DNA of 64,000 bases from Selaginella moellendorffii (GCF_000143415.4 NW_003314266.1:3875674-3939673), one strand, 5' to 3'; shown: positions 28,500-41,683, counted from the first letter of the stretch. Notes: generated from the sequence alone by a model not told the origin. Program-made: numbers and translations.

Positions 28500-29615
28500 G
28501 ATGGGCTGGAGGAGCAAGATTTCGAAGAAGAGGGACTGGATCAGGAGGACAAGGAGCAAGAACTGGAAGAGCAGGGATTGGAGGAGCAAGGTCCAGGACA
28601 GGGAAAGGGCGGGGGATCTATAGAAGACGAAGGACATGAGGGACAGGGTCAAGGAGACGATGAGCAGAACGAGCAGGGCCCAGGGGACAATGGACAGGGA
28701 AATGATCTTAATATACTCGTCACTCTGAAGGAGAACTGGATGACAAGGAAAGGACTTGCTTTAGGACGGAAGACAGTGGGACGTCTTTTTGCCCATTTCC
28801 CTCCTTCAAAACTAGTGTCTCAGATGGTCAAGCTGGTTGACATAGAAACAAATACAGCACTAGATCATCAGGGCACAGGATTTTTGATCGATACCGGGAA
28901 ATCAAGTCTTCTCTTCCCTAAAGAACTCAAGAATCTCGATACACCTTTCAAAATCTCTTGGGAGAAAGCTTTTCTACGAAGAGATGATGTGGCCCAATTT
29001 CCACCACGGTTTACAATTGTCACCACTAGGCCGGATGGAGTAGGAAGGAATGTACTGCTGATCAGGAATTCTCCACTTCCAAAAGATGGTCTTAAATGGG
29101 ATTCGAAGAGCGTGCGAATGGAAGTTCATGGGTATGGTGTGTTCCACCTCGACTGTAGCCTAAAGGAGCCTTTAGCATCGTTAAAAGCACTGTAACGATC
29201 ACACCATTTGTTACTTGTGAATCAACCAGGGGGTGACGATGACGATCAACCAAGGGGTCCAGGGGGTAGGAGTGGCGATGAACCAGGGGGTGGTGATCAA
29301 CCAGAACCTGGGGCTGACAATCAACCTGGTGGTGACCATGATCAACCAAGAAGGGGCAATTGGCAACGCATAGTATCATCTAGTAGCAGTGGAGATGAGG
29401 AGCAGCCAATCCGGAGGAGGCGGCCAATCAGGAGGCGGCTAATAGTCTCAGCAGGCAGCAGTGGCGAAGATCAATCATTCTCGGAGGCACCTGAAGCAGT
29501 AGTAGCAATATCTGACGATGCTGCACAGGATTTGGCGAATTTTGTAAGTTGTTTTTTCATTGAAATCCCAAAAGTACTAACAGTTGAAGTTGGAAGGCTT
29601 TTGAAGCAGCAGTGA
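28500..29615 (+). pseudogene. copy of the acidic/B3-like ORF with a premature stop (CAA>TAA at 29193)
   Basis: Nearly identical to 34241-35374; ctgtaa here versus ctgcaa in the other copy. Confidence 0.7.
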
Positions 29616-30609
29616 CTAGCAACGCAGCACAAGCATTGGTTGCTTTTGTAAGTTACTTTCCTTAAATTCCTGATGACTTACAGTTTGCGCTTGAAGGCCT
29701 CTGAGGAAGTTTGAGGGCCTCAACAGCTGCGAGCCAAAACTTTTCCCTCTGTACGTATTAGATTTTTGTCGACGCAGCTGAGTGTCTAGATAGAGTGAGT
29801 TGATGTGCTGAAATTTCTAACTTGTTCTTTTTGACGACAGGAACCTCGCTCGTAATAAAACTTGTGCACCTTTGTCTCAAAGCTGGTGCCAACTTGCGGG
29901 TCATCTACCAGTATCCAACGATGGTATTTTTACCTCGACTTCTTCTTTGGCTTGAGAGGAGAAGATTATCGTCGTCATGCAAAGATTTTGAATAGGATTT
30001 TGGTGCGGATTCCGTTGTCTTTCTCCAGTGCTAATGCCAGTGTGAGGTCAGTACTCTTCAATTTTCCTTAGTCTTTTTTCTTCTGCGACGAAGAACTCCT
30101 AATCATGTGGTTGCAGGCAGGACAAATCTCGTGCTCCTGGCTGCACCTAGCGACGGAAGAAGCCATCCACAAATAAAGCGAAAATGTATAGAAACATGAA
30201 TGGAGAGAATAGGCAAAATGCTATGGCCTGGTCGGCTGGGAAGACATCACACACAGAGAGAATGGCAATGCCTCTGAAAGAAAGAGTCTCTCCCACTGGA
30301 GGTGTGCTGTAATCCAGATCCCGGGAGTTTGCTTGTTGGATCGAGCAAAGTTTCGAAAAGACAGAAACACTTTGATCCATCTTGCTCGTCGCAATCTCTG
30401 AGTATATATGACTCCCCTGTTCCTCATTGCTCTCCAGATATCTGTGTTTATGGAAGAGAGCTCTTTTCCTGTCTCATATATCTCGATCTCTAGACAGTTT
30501 TTAGTCTTGACTCTCAAAAAAGTTTTCTCTTTTTCGCCAAATGAAAGTATAAGAATTTTTTTGTCAAGGTTTTAGGGCTCTGTATGATGATGTCAGAATG
30601 AGGCTTGCG

Positions 30610-32100
30610 GAGGGCGATTGAGATCTGATATTTTTTGCTACTCTCTCCAGCACGCAGATCCGGTGGATTGCTATAGATTGTAAGTTGTTTTTCTTTATCC
30701 CTTTTTTTTTCAAAACTTTGTTTTGGTCCCAATGGTTGCTGCTGTTGGTATAGCGGAGATCCCTGTGATTTAGAGTTACTTGCCATGATAGGAAGACAAG
30801 AATTACGGGAATGTAAGGGTAAACCTCTCTTTTTTCTAGATGCACGCTAAGTTTTTCTCTGTTTCTTTCTTTTGTAGAACGCTGATCAACACGAGATTGA
30901 GCGGTAGCTTGCCGGAATCTAACAGGCCTCCAGCTCTTGTAAGTTTCATTTAGATCGAAGCCTGATAGCCTCAAGTATCTTTGGATATACAAAATCAAGT
31001 AACTGGTAATTGTGCTAGGAATCTGCAAACCTGTGGTTTCAACGGGAGTATTCTCTTATTTCTGTAAGTCAAGATATTCCCATTGTTTCCTTTTGGTGTC
31101 TAAACAGATCTGCGAACTTATGTTTCTAGAGCTTTGAACGGAAACTTTCTGGATGGAAGGATTCCCCCAACTGTTGGCGAGCTCCCGGTGATCTCGTTTG
31201 ACGGCACGGGCTTTGACAACCTGACGGTATTAAGACACATGTACGACTTTGCGACGACCGCGTACCATATGGCTTAATTGTTTTTCTCCAGGCATCTCAA
31301 CAACAACAATCTTTCCGGTGCGATTCCGACTGCGCTGTCTACGACACCAAAACTATTTCACCTGTACATCTTTATTAGATTTTACGAGTCACCACTGCTT
31401 ATGATATCTGTTCTCTTCGCCTTCGTGACAGACTGCTGGAAGACAACAACTTTCCAGGAGCCATACCTCCAGAAATCGGCAGCTTGCCACAGCTGAGAAT
31501 CTTGTGAGAGTTCTCTCTGTTTTCTTTCTTTATAGAGTTGTTTGAGCTGCAGATTCTAACTTTTGCTAACTGACAACGACATAGTAATAAACTTGAGGGC
31601 CCCGTACCTGAAATCATCAGTCGCCTGGCTTTCCTCCTCGAGCTGTATGATGGTTTTGATTTTGATTGTCTTACGCTAACTGATGAATATTTGACCATTT
31701 TGTCTGCTATGCAAAATCTACATCTCATGTGGGTTGCTCCTGATTTTTCTTCTCTGATACCGTTTTACCAGCGATCAGTGATCAATAGTTTAAACCTTGT
31801 CGGACAGATTCGGTGAGGCAGCGTGAAAGTTTTAAAGACAAAACTTTTTTTTTGTGACTCTTTGCAGGTTTCTGGAGAACCACTTGAATGGTTGCATCGA
31901 CGCCAGTCATTGAAACTGGTTTCGGTGGAAGAATCTGAAGTATCTGAAATAACAGAATCTGAAGAGTTTTGTCTTGATAGATTTCTTGGCAACTCCAAGA
32001 TTGACCGTCAAAGGCCAAAACTTTGAGCTGTATCATGTGTGTGTCAAAGTTGGCACCTGGTGCTCGGATCAAGCCAAGAATTTCTTTGTAATCACAACCA
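30610..32100 (+). pseudogene. LRR-RLK ectodomain remnant
   Basis: HLNNNNLSGAIPTALST; collinear with the reverse complement of 11200-13000 with deletions. Confidence 0.85.
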
Positions 32101-32214
32101 AATTTTGTGAAAACGCTTATTTACGATGTTCAACTCCAATCCCGACAGTTACAAGTGAATGTGTAGCTGAGTTCTTTCTTGGTTTTCGCCTGCACAGTCT
32201 TCCTTGGGATCTTG

Positions 32215-33519
32215 TCATAGTGGATTGAATGATGGCTTAAAAGGATACAACGCACCACCCCTTTGGCCAAAAGCCGTTCGCCAGATATCAGTCACCTCAT
32301 TGTAAATGCCACCCGAACGCCCTTCAAAGTGACGTATCAACAAGGTGATCTCCGTCTCACCTCCCGCCACTACCAAACTCCACTCATGCATATTGCTTGC
32401 TAGCAGCCCAACATTTCTCAGATTTGCCGGCAGAATCTCTCTAGGCATTGTTGCCAAGGGTCGCCATTGTCTGGATGCTTCGTCCAGATAGACAAAACCA
32501 AGGGTTTGTGCATCCAGTATAAAGTTCGCAAGCACCAGCTTTCCTGAAACCCAGTGAACACAAAACCAAGCATAAAAAGAAAAAGAAAACATAAACTTAC
32601 CGGCACAGTAAACAAGTGAGGTGTTATTGTTTCGGCATGGGCCGTTGTATGGTTCTTGATGCAAGCCCATGGGAAGACTCGTCCAGGTTGCCAAAGTCGC
32701 CACCTTGCCATCTGAATCCCACACGTTGACGCACTTGAGTGATCTGGTGTTGTTCTTTGCGATCGTGATAAAGTAGAGCTTGTCCTCCCGTAGAAGCATG
32801 CAATCGTTGGCGTCATCAAAGGAAGTCTGGGCAATCTCATTCCCGTTTGTGAATACTCGACAAGACGAGACCCATTTGTGAACTCTGGAATCATAAACTT
32901 GTAGAACTAGATGGCGTGCACCTACATACGTTGTCTTGATTCCCTGAACACAAACCACGGAAAACCAAGGCCTGTTGTCACTACCAACTGAAGATTGGAT
33001 AGCCACGAAAATTATGGTTGGCTCAGAACCAGGTGGTGGAGGCAGCTTCACCAGGGAACTTAAATCTAAGGGGTTGCAAACCACAGCAGTCCCTAAGGTG
33101 TTCAAGGGGAAGTATGCAAGAACAAGCCCGGCAGAAGACACACAGATACTTGCTGTTTTCATCCTTGAAGGTCTAAACATCTCGACCATCTTCCATGAAA
33201 GAGGCCTTGAATTTCCATCACAGAGACCAACACTGCAAAAACCATCCATGATATACCACTGCCCATTGCAAAACCTGTGAGCTGTGCTATATCCCAAGCC
33301 CTGGATTGCGGACTTCCAAGCCTTGCAGACGCTCTTTCCACGGCAAAGTGCCGGCAGTGGCAAGAAGTTTAGAATGTGGAGCTGGAGTTCCAAAGGCAGC
33401 TGGGACCAGATGGGATGATCCAGAGCACCTGTGATTCTACGCCTCACCTTGCGATTCGTGATCATACCATCCCAGTGCCGCTTTTGCTTCTTCTCCGAAA
33501 TATTGATAAATGGATCCAT
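32215..33519 (-). CDS. F-box protein (copy 2)
   Basis: Near-identical paralogue of 26522-27817 with small in-frame indels. Confidence 0.85.
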   Translation of the reverse strand: MDPFINISEKKQKRHWDGMITNRKVRRRITGALDHPIWSQLPLELQLHILNFLPLPALCRGKSVCKAWKSAIQGLGYSTAHRFCNGQWYIMDGFCSVGLCDGNSRPLSWKMVEMFRPSRMKTASICVSSAGLVLAYFPLNTLGTAVVCNPLDLSSLVKLPPPPGSEPTIIFVAIQSSVGSDNRPWFSVVCVQGIKTTYVGARHLVLQVYDSRVHKWVSSCRVFTNGNEIAQTSFDDANDCMLLREDKLYFITIAKNNTRSLKCVNVWDSDGKVATLATWTSLPMGLHQEPYNGPCRNNNTSLVYCAGKFMFSFSFYAWFCVHWVSGKLVLANFILDAQTLGFVYLDEASRQWRPLATMPREILPANLRNVGLLASNMHEWSLVVAGGETEITLLIRHFEGRSGGIYNEVTDIWRTAFGQRGGALYPFKPSFNPL

Positions 33520-34198
33520 ACCCTAGCGCAAGGATAAGTGATAAAAGGGTAGAAAGAGGAATCTGTAGTAAGAGGATGATCCTTAAGTACTGCCCTAGCC
33601 ACAGAAACTTATGCCCCTTTCTATGTTGGTAATGGGATGGGAATCGAGCGCAAGACCTCTCATAACTCCATACCAATTAATTTTTTTCCCTTGCTCGAAA
33701 TAGTTCATTGAGAGATTAATTCACCTATTGTTTCTTCTTTGATCAATCAATCGATCCATGGGTGGGGCACAAAGCACGGACTTTGGATGGATCGATTGAT
33801 CAAGGAGGAAACTCTCTTCTGGATTTTGATTGATTTCTCTAGAGCATAGAGATTGAAATATGAGCTTGGAAGCATTTTAGAGGTGTGTGTCAATCGATGA
33901 AAAGATACCAAGGCAAAATGTTTTTAGTCAGCCGTCGGATGGCCATTGATCGGACGGCCACAGATCGCGCTTTATAGTAGAGATCGATAGATATATTTAG
34001 GGTTTAACGGGCTGGGCGGGAGAGAAGAGAATGGTGCTGATGAGGCGACGGAGGGAGGATGAGGCGCTGATGAGGCGATGGAGGTAGGATCAGGCGCCGA
34101 TGGCGCAGTAGTCCTCGCATAAGCGCAATGTAGCCAAATCGAATCGTCCGAGGTAAGATTTTCCAGATTCTAGTCCCATTCCAGACCGATCGGGCAAA

Positions 34199-35374
34199 AT
34201 GTTGCAGCTCCGAATGGAAATCTGTCGAATTAATACCCAGGATGGGTTGGAGGAGCAAGATTTCGAAGAAGAGGGACTGGATCAGGAGGACGAGGAGCAA
34301 GAACTGGAAGAGCAGGGATTGGAGGGGCAAGGTCCGGGACAGGGAAAGGGCGGGGGATCTATAGAAGACGAAGGACATGAGGGACAGGGTCAAGGAGACG
34401 ATGAGCAGAACGAGCAGGGCCCAGGGGACAATGGACAGGGAAATGATCTTAATATACTCGTCACTCTGAAGGAGAACTGGATGACAAGGAAAGGACTTGC
34501 TTTAGGACGGAAGACAGTGGGACGTCTTTTTGCCCATTTCCCTCCTTCAAAACTAGTGTCTCAGATGGTCAAGTTGGTTGACATAGAAACAAATACGGCG
34601 TTAGATCATCAGGGCACAGGGTTTTTGATCGATACCGGGAAATCAAGTCTTCTTTTCCCTAAAGAACTCAAGAATCTCGATACACCTTTCAAGATCTCTT
34701 GGGAGAAAGCTTTTCTACGAAGAGATGATGTGGCCCAATTTCCACCACGGTTTACAATTGTCACCACTAGGCCAGACGGAGTAGGAAAGAATGTACTGCT
34801 GATCAGGAATTCTCCACTTCCCAGAGATGGTCTCCAATGGGATTCCAAGAGCGTACGAATGGAAGTTCATGGGTATGGTGTGTTCCACCTCAACTGTAGC
34901 CTGAAGGAGCCTCTAGCATCGTTGAAAGCACTGCAACGATCACACCATTTGTTACCTGTGAATCAACCAGGGGGTGACGATGACGATCAACCAAGGGGTC
35001 CAGGGGGTGGGAGTGGCGATGAACCAGGGGGTGGTGATCAACCAGAACCTGGGGCTGACAATCAACCTGATGGTGACCATGATCAGCCAAGAAGGGGCAA
35101 TCGGCAACGCATAGTATCATCTAGTAGCAGTGGAGACGAGGAGCAGCCAATCCGGAGGAGGCAGCCAATCCGGAGGAGGCGGCCAATCAGGAGGCGGGTA
35201 ATAGTCTCAACAGGCAGCAGTGGCGAAGATGAATCATTCTCGGAGGCGCCTGAAGCAGTAGTAGCGATATCCGACGATGCTGCACAAGATTTGGCGAATT
35301 TTGTAAGTTGTTTTTTCATTGAAATCCCAAAAGTACTAACAGTTGAAGTTGGAAGGCTTTTGAAGCAGCAGTGA
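34199..35374 (+). CDS. unknown protein: acidic tract, divergent B3-like domain, Gly/Pro/Asp repeats, PIRRR basic repeats
   Basis: 391-codon open frame with one globular segment (ILVTLKENW...RLFAHFPP...ISWEKAFL). True exon structure at both ends is uncertain. Confidence 0.5.
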   Translation: MLQLRMEICRINTQDGLEEQDFEEEGLDQEDEEQELEEQGLEGQGPGQGKGGGSIEDEGHEGQGQGDDEQNEQGPGDNGQGNDLNILVTLKENWMTRKGLALGRKTVGRLFAHFPPSKLVSQMVKLVDIETNTALDHQGTGFLIDTGKSSLLFPKELKNLDTPFKISWEKAFLRRDDVAQFPPRFTIVTTRPDGVGKNVLLIRNSPLPRDGLQWDSKSVRMEVHGYGVFHLNCSLKEPLASLKALQRSHHLLPVNQPGGDDDDQPRGPGGGSGDEPGGGDQPEPGADNQPDGDHDQPRRGNRQRIVSSSSSGDEEQPIRRRQPIRRRRPIRRRVIVSTGSSGEDESFSEAPEAVVAISDDAAQDLANFVSCFFIEIPKVLTVEVGRLLKQQ

Positions 35375-36379
35375 CTAGCGACGCAGCACAAGCATTGGTT
35401 GCTTTTGTAAGTTACTTTCCTTAAATTCCTGATGACTTACAGTTTGTGCTTGAAGGCCTCGGAGGAAGTTTGAGGGCCTCAACAGCTGCGAGCCAAAACT
35501 TTTCCCTCTGTACGTATTAGATTTTTGTCGACGCAGCTGAGTGTCTAGATAGAGTGAGTTGATGTGCTGAAATTTCTAACTTGTTCTTTTTGACGACAGG
35601 AACCTCGCTCGTAATAAAACTTGTGCACCTTTGTCTCAAAGCTGGTGCCAACTTGCGGGTCATCTACCAGTATCCAACGATGGTATTTTTACCTCGACTT
35701 CTTCTTTGGCTTGAGAGGAGAAGATTATCGTCGTCATGCAAAGATTTTGAATAGGATTTTGGTGCGGATTCCGTTGTCTTTCTCCAGTGCTAATGCCAGT
35801 GTGAGGTCAGTACTCTTCAATTTTCCTTAGTCTTTTTTTCTTCTATGACGAAGAACTCCTAATCATGTGGTTGCAGGCAAGACAAGTCTCGTGCTCCTGG
35901 CTGCACTTAGCGACGGAAGAAGCCATCCACAAATAAAGCGAAAATGTATAGAAAAATGAGTGGAGAGAATAGGAAAAATGCTATGGCCTGGTCGGCTGGG
36001 AAGACATCACACACAGAGAGAATGGCAATGCCTTTGAAAGAAAGAGTCTCTCCCACTGGAGGTGTGCTGTAATCCAGATCCCGGGAGTTTGCTTGTTGGA
36101 TCGAGCAAAGTTTCGAAAAGACAGAAACAGTTTGATCCATCTTGCTCGTCGCAATCTCTGAGTATATATGACTCCACTGTTCCTCATTGCTCTCCAGATA
36201 TCTGTGTTTATGGAAGAGAGCTCTTTTCCTGTCTCATATATCATCCTTACTCGATCTCTAGACAGTTTTTAGTCTTCGACTCTCGAAAAAGTTCTCTTTT
36301 TCGCCAAATGGTAGTATAAGAATTTTTTTGTCAAGGTTTTAGGGCTCTGTATGATGATGCCAGAATGAGGCTTGCGGAG

Positions 36380-39300
36380 GGCGGTTGAGATCTGATATTT
36401 TTTGCTACTCTCTCCAGCACGCAGATCCGGTGGATTGCTATAGATTGTAAGTTGTTTTTCTTTGTCCCTTTTTTTTCAAAACCTTGTTTTGGTCCCAAAG
36501 GTTGCTGCTGTTGGTATAGCGGAGATCCCTGTGATTTACTGGAGACTTACTTGCCATGATAGGAAGACAAGAATTACGGGAATGTAAGGGTAAACCTCTC
36601 TTTTTTCTAGATGCACGCTAAGTTTTTCTCTGTTTCTTTCTTTTGTAGAACGCTGATCAACACGAGATTGAGCGGTAGCTTGCCGGAATCTAACAGGCCT
36701 CCAGCTCTTGTAAGTTTCATTTAGATCGAAGCCTGATAGCCTCAAGTATCTTTGGATATACAAAATCAAGTAACTGGTAATTGTGCTAGGAATCTGCAAA
36801 CCTGTGGTTTCAACGGGAGTATTCTCTTATTTCTGTAAGTCAAGATATTCCCATTGTTTCCTTTTGGTGTCTAAACAGATCTGCGAACTTATGTTTCTAG
36901 AGCTTTGAACGGAAACTTTCTGGATGGAAGGATTCCCCCAACTGTTGGCGAGCTCCCGGTGATCTCGTTTGACGGCACGGGCTTTGACAACCTGACGGTA
37001 TTAAGACACATGTACGACTTTGCGACGACCGCGTACCATATGGCTTAATTGTTTTTCTCCAGGCATCTCAACAACAACAATCTTTCCGGTGCGATTCCGA
37101 CTGCGCTGTCTACGACGCCAAAACTATTTCACCTGTACATCTTTATTAGATTTTGCGAGTCGCCACTGCTTATGATATCTGTTCTCTTCGCCTTCGTGAC
37201 AGACTGCTGGAAAAAAACAACTTTCCAGGAGCCATACCTCCAGAAATCGGCAGCTTGCTACAGCTGAGAATCTTGTGAGAGCTCTCTCTTTTTCTTTCTT
37301 TAGAGTTGATTGAGCTGCAGATTCTAACTTTTGTAAACTGACAACAACAGGAGACGCGATAATAATAAACTTGAGGGCCCCCGTACCTGAAACCATCAGT
37401 CGCCTGGCTTGCCTCGAGCTGTATGATGATTGTCTTACGCTAACTGATGAATATCTGCAGACATTTGACCATTACTCTACTTGTTGGGAACTTGCCAGAC
37501 TTCTGCTATGCAAAATCTCCAGCTCATGTGAGTTGCTCTTGATTTTTCTTCTAATAGGCCTCTGTACCAACGATCAGGTTAATCAATAGTTTTTCAAGGG
37601 AAACCTTGTCGGACAGTTTCCAACGGGGCTATCCTGCCTTGAGGCGCCGTGAAAGTTTTAAAGACAAGAATTTTTCTTTGTGACTCTTGACATGATCAGC
37701 TGCAGGTTTCTGGAGAACCGCTTGAATGGTTGCATCGGCCGCGAGTAATTGGAACTGGTTTCGGTGGAAGAATCTGTGCCAATTACAGACGGTCAGGTAA
37801 GAGTATGGATACGCACAATCTTTCTCGTAAGTGGCATTTGACTGCTCTTGTACATGTCTTACAGGAAGTTCTGTTTGCAACGACAACAATCCTGACAAGT
37901 TTGTGCGAGTGATAGAATATAGAAACCGTCAATCGGTGCGGTATTACGAGAAAACTTTGCTACCAGCTTCTTTGCCGAGAAGAATGAAGTGGTAAAGTCT
38001 ATTGTGCACTATATCACTCCATTCTTCTTGGCGAAACTGATAGACAGGGTTGACAACGATACGGGGCAACTTTCCTCGGCACTTCACATTACTCCGGGCG
38101 ACTTATACCTTCGTCATGACAAACGCAAACCATCCATAAACAGGTTCTTTTCTTCTTCTTTTTTTTGTTTTGTTTTCGTCCTGGAATGCTAGTGTGCTTC
38201 TCTTTATTTTCCTCAGGTGGTAGCCAAACAAACAAGTTTATGTTTGTTGTCACTCTCTGCATCTACGTCGGAGTTTCAGTTGCGATAGCGGGTCTCTGTA
38301 TCTTTTTTCTCGTTATGAGTTTTTCTCGTTATGAACAGAAAGCGGACGAGGAGCCCATGGTGAAAGCTGACTTTCTCATTTTTGTTTTTCTCCTTTGGTT
38401 TCAGCAGCTTTGTGAAGATTGCTCCCAAGTTCAAAGGTGGCTTAAGAAACTTCTCCAGCCACCACTTGATTGGTGTCGGTGGCGATAGCAAGGTACGGAG
38501 CCTTCTTTCTCGTACAAAATGCGTGGAGTGGGAGTTGAATTAAAAAAGGAAAAAAATGGGTTACAGGTATACAAAGGACAGCTGCACACAGGATCAGAAG
38601 TTGTGGCAATCAAGCAGCCCAGAAAGAATATCTACAAGGCGTCGAAGAATTCCGACCTGAGATCGAGCTGTTTTCACGCTTGCACCACAAGAATCTGGTG
38701 AACCTCATCGGCTTTTGTACAGATGATGGAGAACAGATGCTCGTCCATGCCCAACCGGACTTTTAGGAGACCATCTCTATGGTAACTGCTGCTTCTCTTC
38801 ACTTTGCATTTCTTGGTTGGGAATAAGTTGTATACACTGACAAGACAGCCTCTAATGCTGCAGAGCAAGCTCTCAACTGAAAGACACGTTTCTCCATCGC
38901 ACTTGGCTCTGCAAAAGGGGAATACCTTCACGAGCTGGCGGATCCTCGCATTATCCACTGAAACATCAAATCCTCCAACATTTTACTGGACAAGAACTTG
39001 GTGGCCAAAGCCGCGGGCTTGGGCCGCTCAAAGCTGGCGCCAACTTGTAGCGACAAGACATATACCAGTATCCAAGTGAAGAAACTCCGGTATGTCTACT
39101 TTTCTACATCTATCAGCTCTACAGCTTTGGAGTGGTGCTCATCAAGAAGCAGCCGATTGTTCATCGTGAAGGAGATCAAGGAGTCGGTCCCCTGGGGTGG
39201 TGTTGCCTTGCTGCTCTCTTTCATGGACAATCCGGCTGTGCATGGAAGATTCTGACCACAAGATGAGAGCTTGAGGAGATGATCAAGCTGCAAGAGGTGC

Positions 39301-39481
39301 ATGGCTGATCACGAACAGAACTGTGACAGTGACGGGAACGAGGCAGCCGAATAGAGCAGCTTCAACGTTGGTCTTGAATCTGAAGTGTTCAGCGATGAGC
39401 TCCCAAGCTTTCGCTTTTATGGCAGCTGAGGAGGGAAAAAGGCGAGCCGGATTGGACCACCGGTGTACAGTGGAGGATTAA
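36380..39481 (+). pseudogene. near full-length LRR-RLK pseudogene (inverted paralogue of 9022-13072)
   Basis: LRR, TM (FMFVVTLCIYVGVSVAIAGLC), kinase pieces and the same C-terminus (AGLDHRCTVED*); many frameshifts. Confidence 0.9.
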
Positions 39482-39499
39482 AACGGGGAGGAGGAGATA

Positions 39500-40130
39500 T
39501 CGCGACAGTGGAGAAGAATAAAATACTCGAGGAGAAGAAGATCATCACCGTCACCAAGCTGGCTTGCTGAGGAGAGAGTTGGGAAGAACTTCCAAGCGAC
39601 TGGTGCGGATTCCTTTCATCTTTAGGATGGTACACTACTGCAAAATGCCAGTGTGAGGTCAGTACTCTTCAAACTTTCCTTTTTTCTTCTTCCGCGATGG
39701 AGAGCTACTTCTAATCATGTAGAGAGGTCTGGTTGCAGGCAGGAGGCTGGTGCCAAGCATCGTGCTCCTGGCTGCGAGCGTGAACCACAAAGAAAACGAA
39801 AATAAAAAGTATAGAAAACAGGAAGAAAGATCCAACACTATGGCCCGGAGGGGAAAATATCACCAGCTTTGGTGCGTCGGCTGGAATGACATCATGCACG
39901 AGCTCGTTTGGCGACGTCACGTACTCGCCGGGAAGAGATGGGAGCGATGAAAAGATCGGCTGCGAGCTTTGTCTCCAAAGGACGAGCGAGAGAGAGACGA
40001 GAGAACTGCGGCTCCATCCTTTCATCAATGCCAGACCGAAAAGAAAGAAAGGATTGAAAGATGGATCACTCCAACCTTGAGACACTGAACTGGACGAGCA
40101 GGGAAAGGAGAGCTTGACAATGCTGTGATG
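39500..40130 (+). pseudogene. F-box-like gene remnant (shorter copies at about 29950-30300 and 35710-36060)
   Basis: SWEELPSD here and ILNRILVRIPL..SV in the paralogues resemble an F-box motif; shared intron gtcagtactcttcaa...gcag. Confidence 0.4.
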
Positions 40131-40937
40131 CACATCCTGGGAGTTTGCTTTTGTTGGATCTACCAAAGTTTCGAAGTTTGCGTTGCGGATAGAAACTCCT
40201 TGATCTATCTCGCTCGTCGCAATCAGTACATGACTCCACTGCTACTTGATGGTTCCTTTTTTTTTTCTTCGCGCTCTCTAGCGTGATCGTATGCCCATCA
40301 TTTGAGCTGTTAGCTAGCTGCTTGCTGCTCATCTGTCACAAAATAAAATATCTCTAAAAAAATAAAAATATCGTGAAGAATTAAGGGAAAAGTTCCAAGA
40401 GAAAAAAGGGACTCTTGATATTTCTTATCTTTTTTTCCTGCTTTTTTTTTCTTCTACTAATAGCACCGAGAGAAAGAAGTATTTAAGCTCTTAACGCACG
40501 CTTAAGAAGGTAGAAAAAAAAGTAATAAAGTAGCAAGCAAGAGGTACTTCTATAAGCGATCCTTTCCAGCAAATTTCCAGAGCTTGTGTAGCTACGATTG
40601 TTATGGAAGCTTGCTCTCCAGAGATATGTGTTTATGGAAGAGAGCCTTTGATATACCATCTTGCTCGATCTCTTCTCTCTGTCAAACAAAGCTGGAGGAA
40701 AAGCCCAGTTTTGATCTTCGATCCCTCGTCCAGATCGAGGAAGAACCAAGCCTGACGATCGAATCTGTAAGTGAGCTTTAGTGTCTTTGCTCCTCTCCAG
40801 CCAGCCAAGTAAAGAAAAATATAAAAAGCAGCCATAAACTTCGCCTCGTTGTCCATCCACCCTGTTCTAGCTATGGATGATGATTTAGTGTTGCATTGGA
40901 TCTCTTCGTTATCTTCTCTTTTTTTTGTCTCGAATCG

Positions 40938-41683
40938 TCAGTGCTTTGGAGGCCCTGTCTTGTTGGGAGGGCACTGGTAGCACTTAGCGAAGAGGCCGAA
41001 AGTATCAATCTGGTGGACGAAGTTCGTCACGCTCGCCCAGCCTCCAAATCCCACTCCAATCACCGCAATCCACACCACGATGAAGAAGTTTACCAGGTAT
41101 ACCAGCGTCCAGCTCGGGAGAAAAAATGGTGGCTTCTCGACAGAATTCTGGCAAGCCAAAACAAAAAAACGTGTTAGCAACAGCACAATCTCACGAAGAT
41201 CTAGAGAAACAAGCAGATCTTTGGCACTCGAAAAAGAAAAGGAGAAGCTCTCAGAGAAACAAGCAAGAAAAAAAATCTCATCTTTGGCACTCAAAGGAAA
41301 CGAGCAGTGGAAGAACTTCCAGAAAAACGAGATTTTGCGAGAAACTTACCGCCCTGGCGAAGGCTGTTCTATACGTGATCATGTGTGCGAGCGAGGGGAT
41401 GATATAGACAGTGAAGGTGACGAGGAGCGCCCCGACCGCGGAGTTGATTGGGCCGAAGAATGGAAAGATGATGGCCAAAAACCAAATGGGGAGCACCACG
41501 GGGACTCTGGCCAGCGCTCGCACGGGGAGATTGGCCGTCTTGTGAATGCCCAGAATCTTCTCCCACACGATGTACAGCGGCGTGCATGCGAATCCAAACG
41601 TGATGAACTGTTTTCCATCGCGAGAATCGAGGAATCAGAAGAAAGAAAAACTTGGCAAACTTTCCTCTTTCTTTCTTCTCGGG

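Larger units (their letters stand above)
24230..40860. repeat. tandem segmental array with a ~5.7 kb period (B3-like ORF, F-box-like remnant, LRR-RLK remnant, F-box gene)
   Basis: Paired landmarks 26522/32215, 28578/34319, 29862/35621, 31278/37049. An older degenerate unit starts at about 24230, and 24880-25035 matches 40660-40860. Confidence 0.92.
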
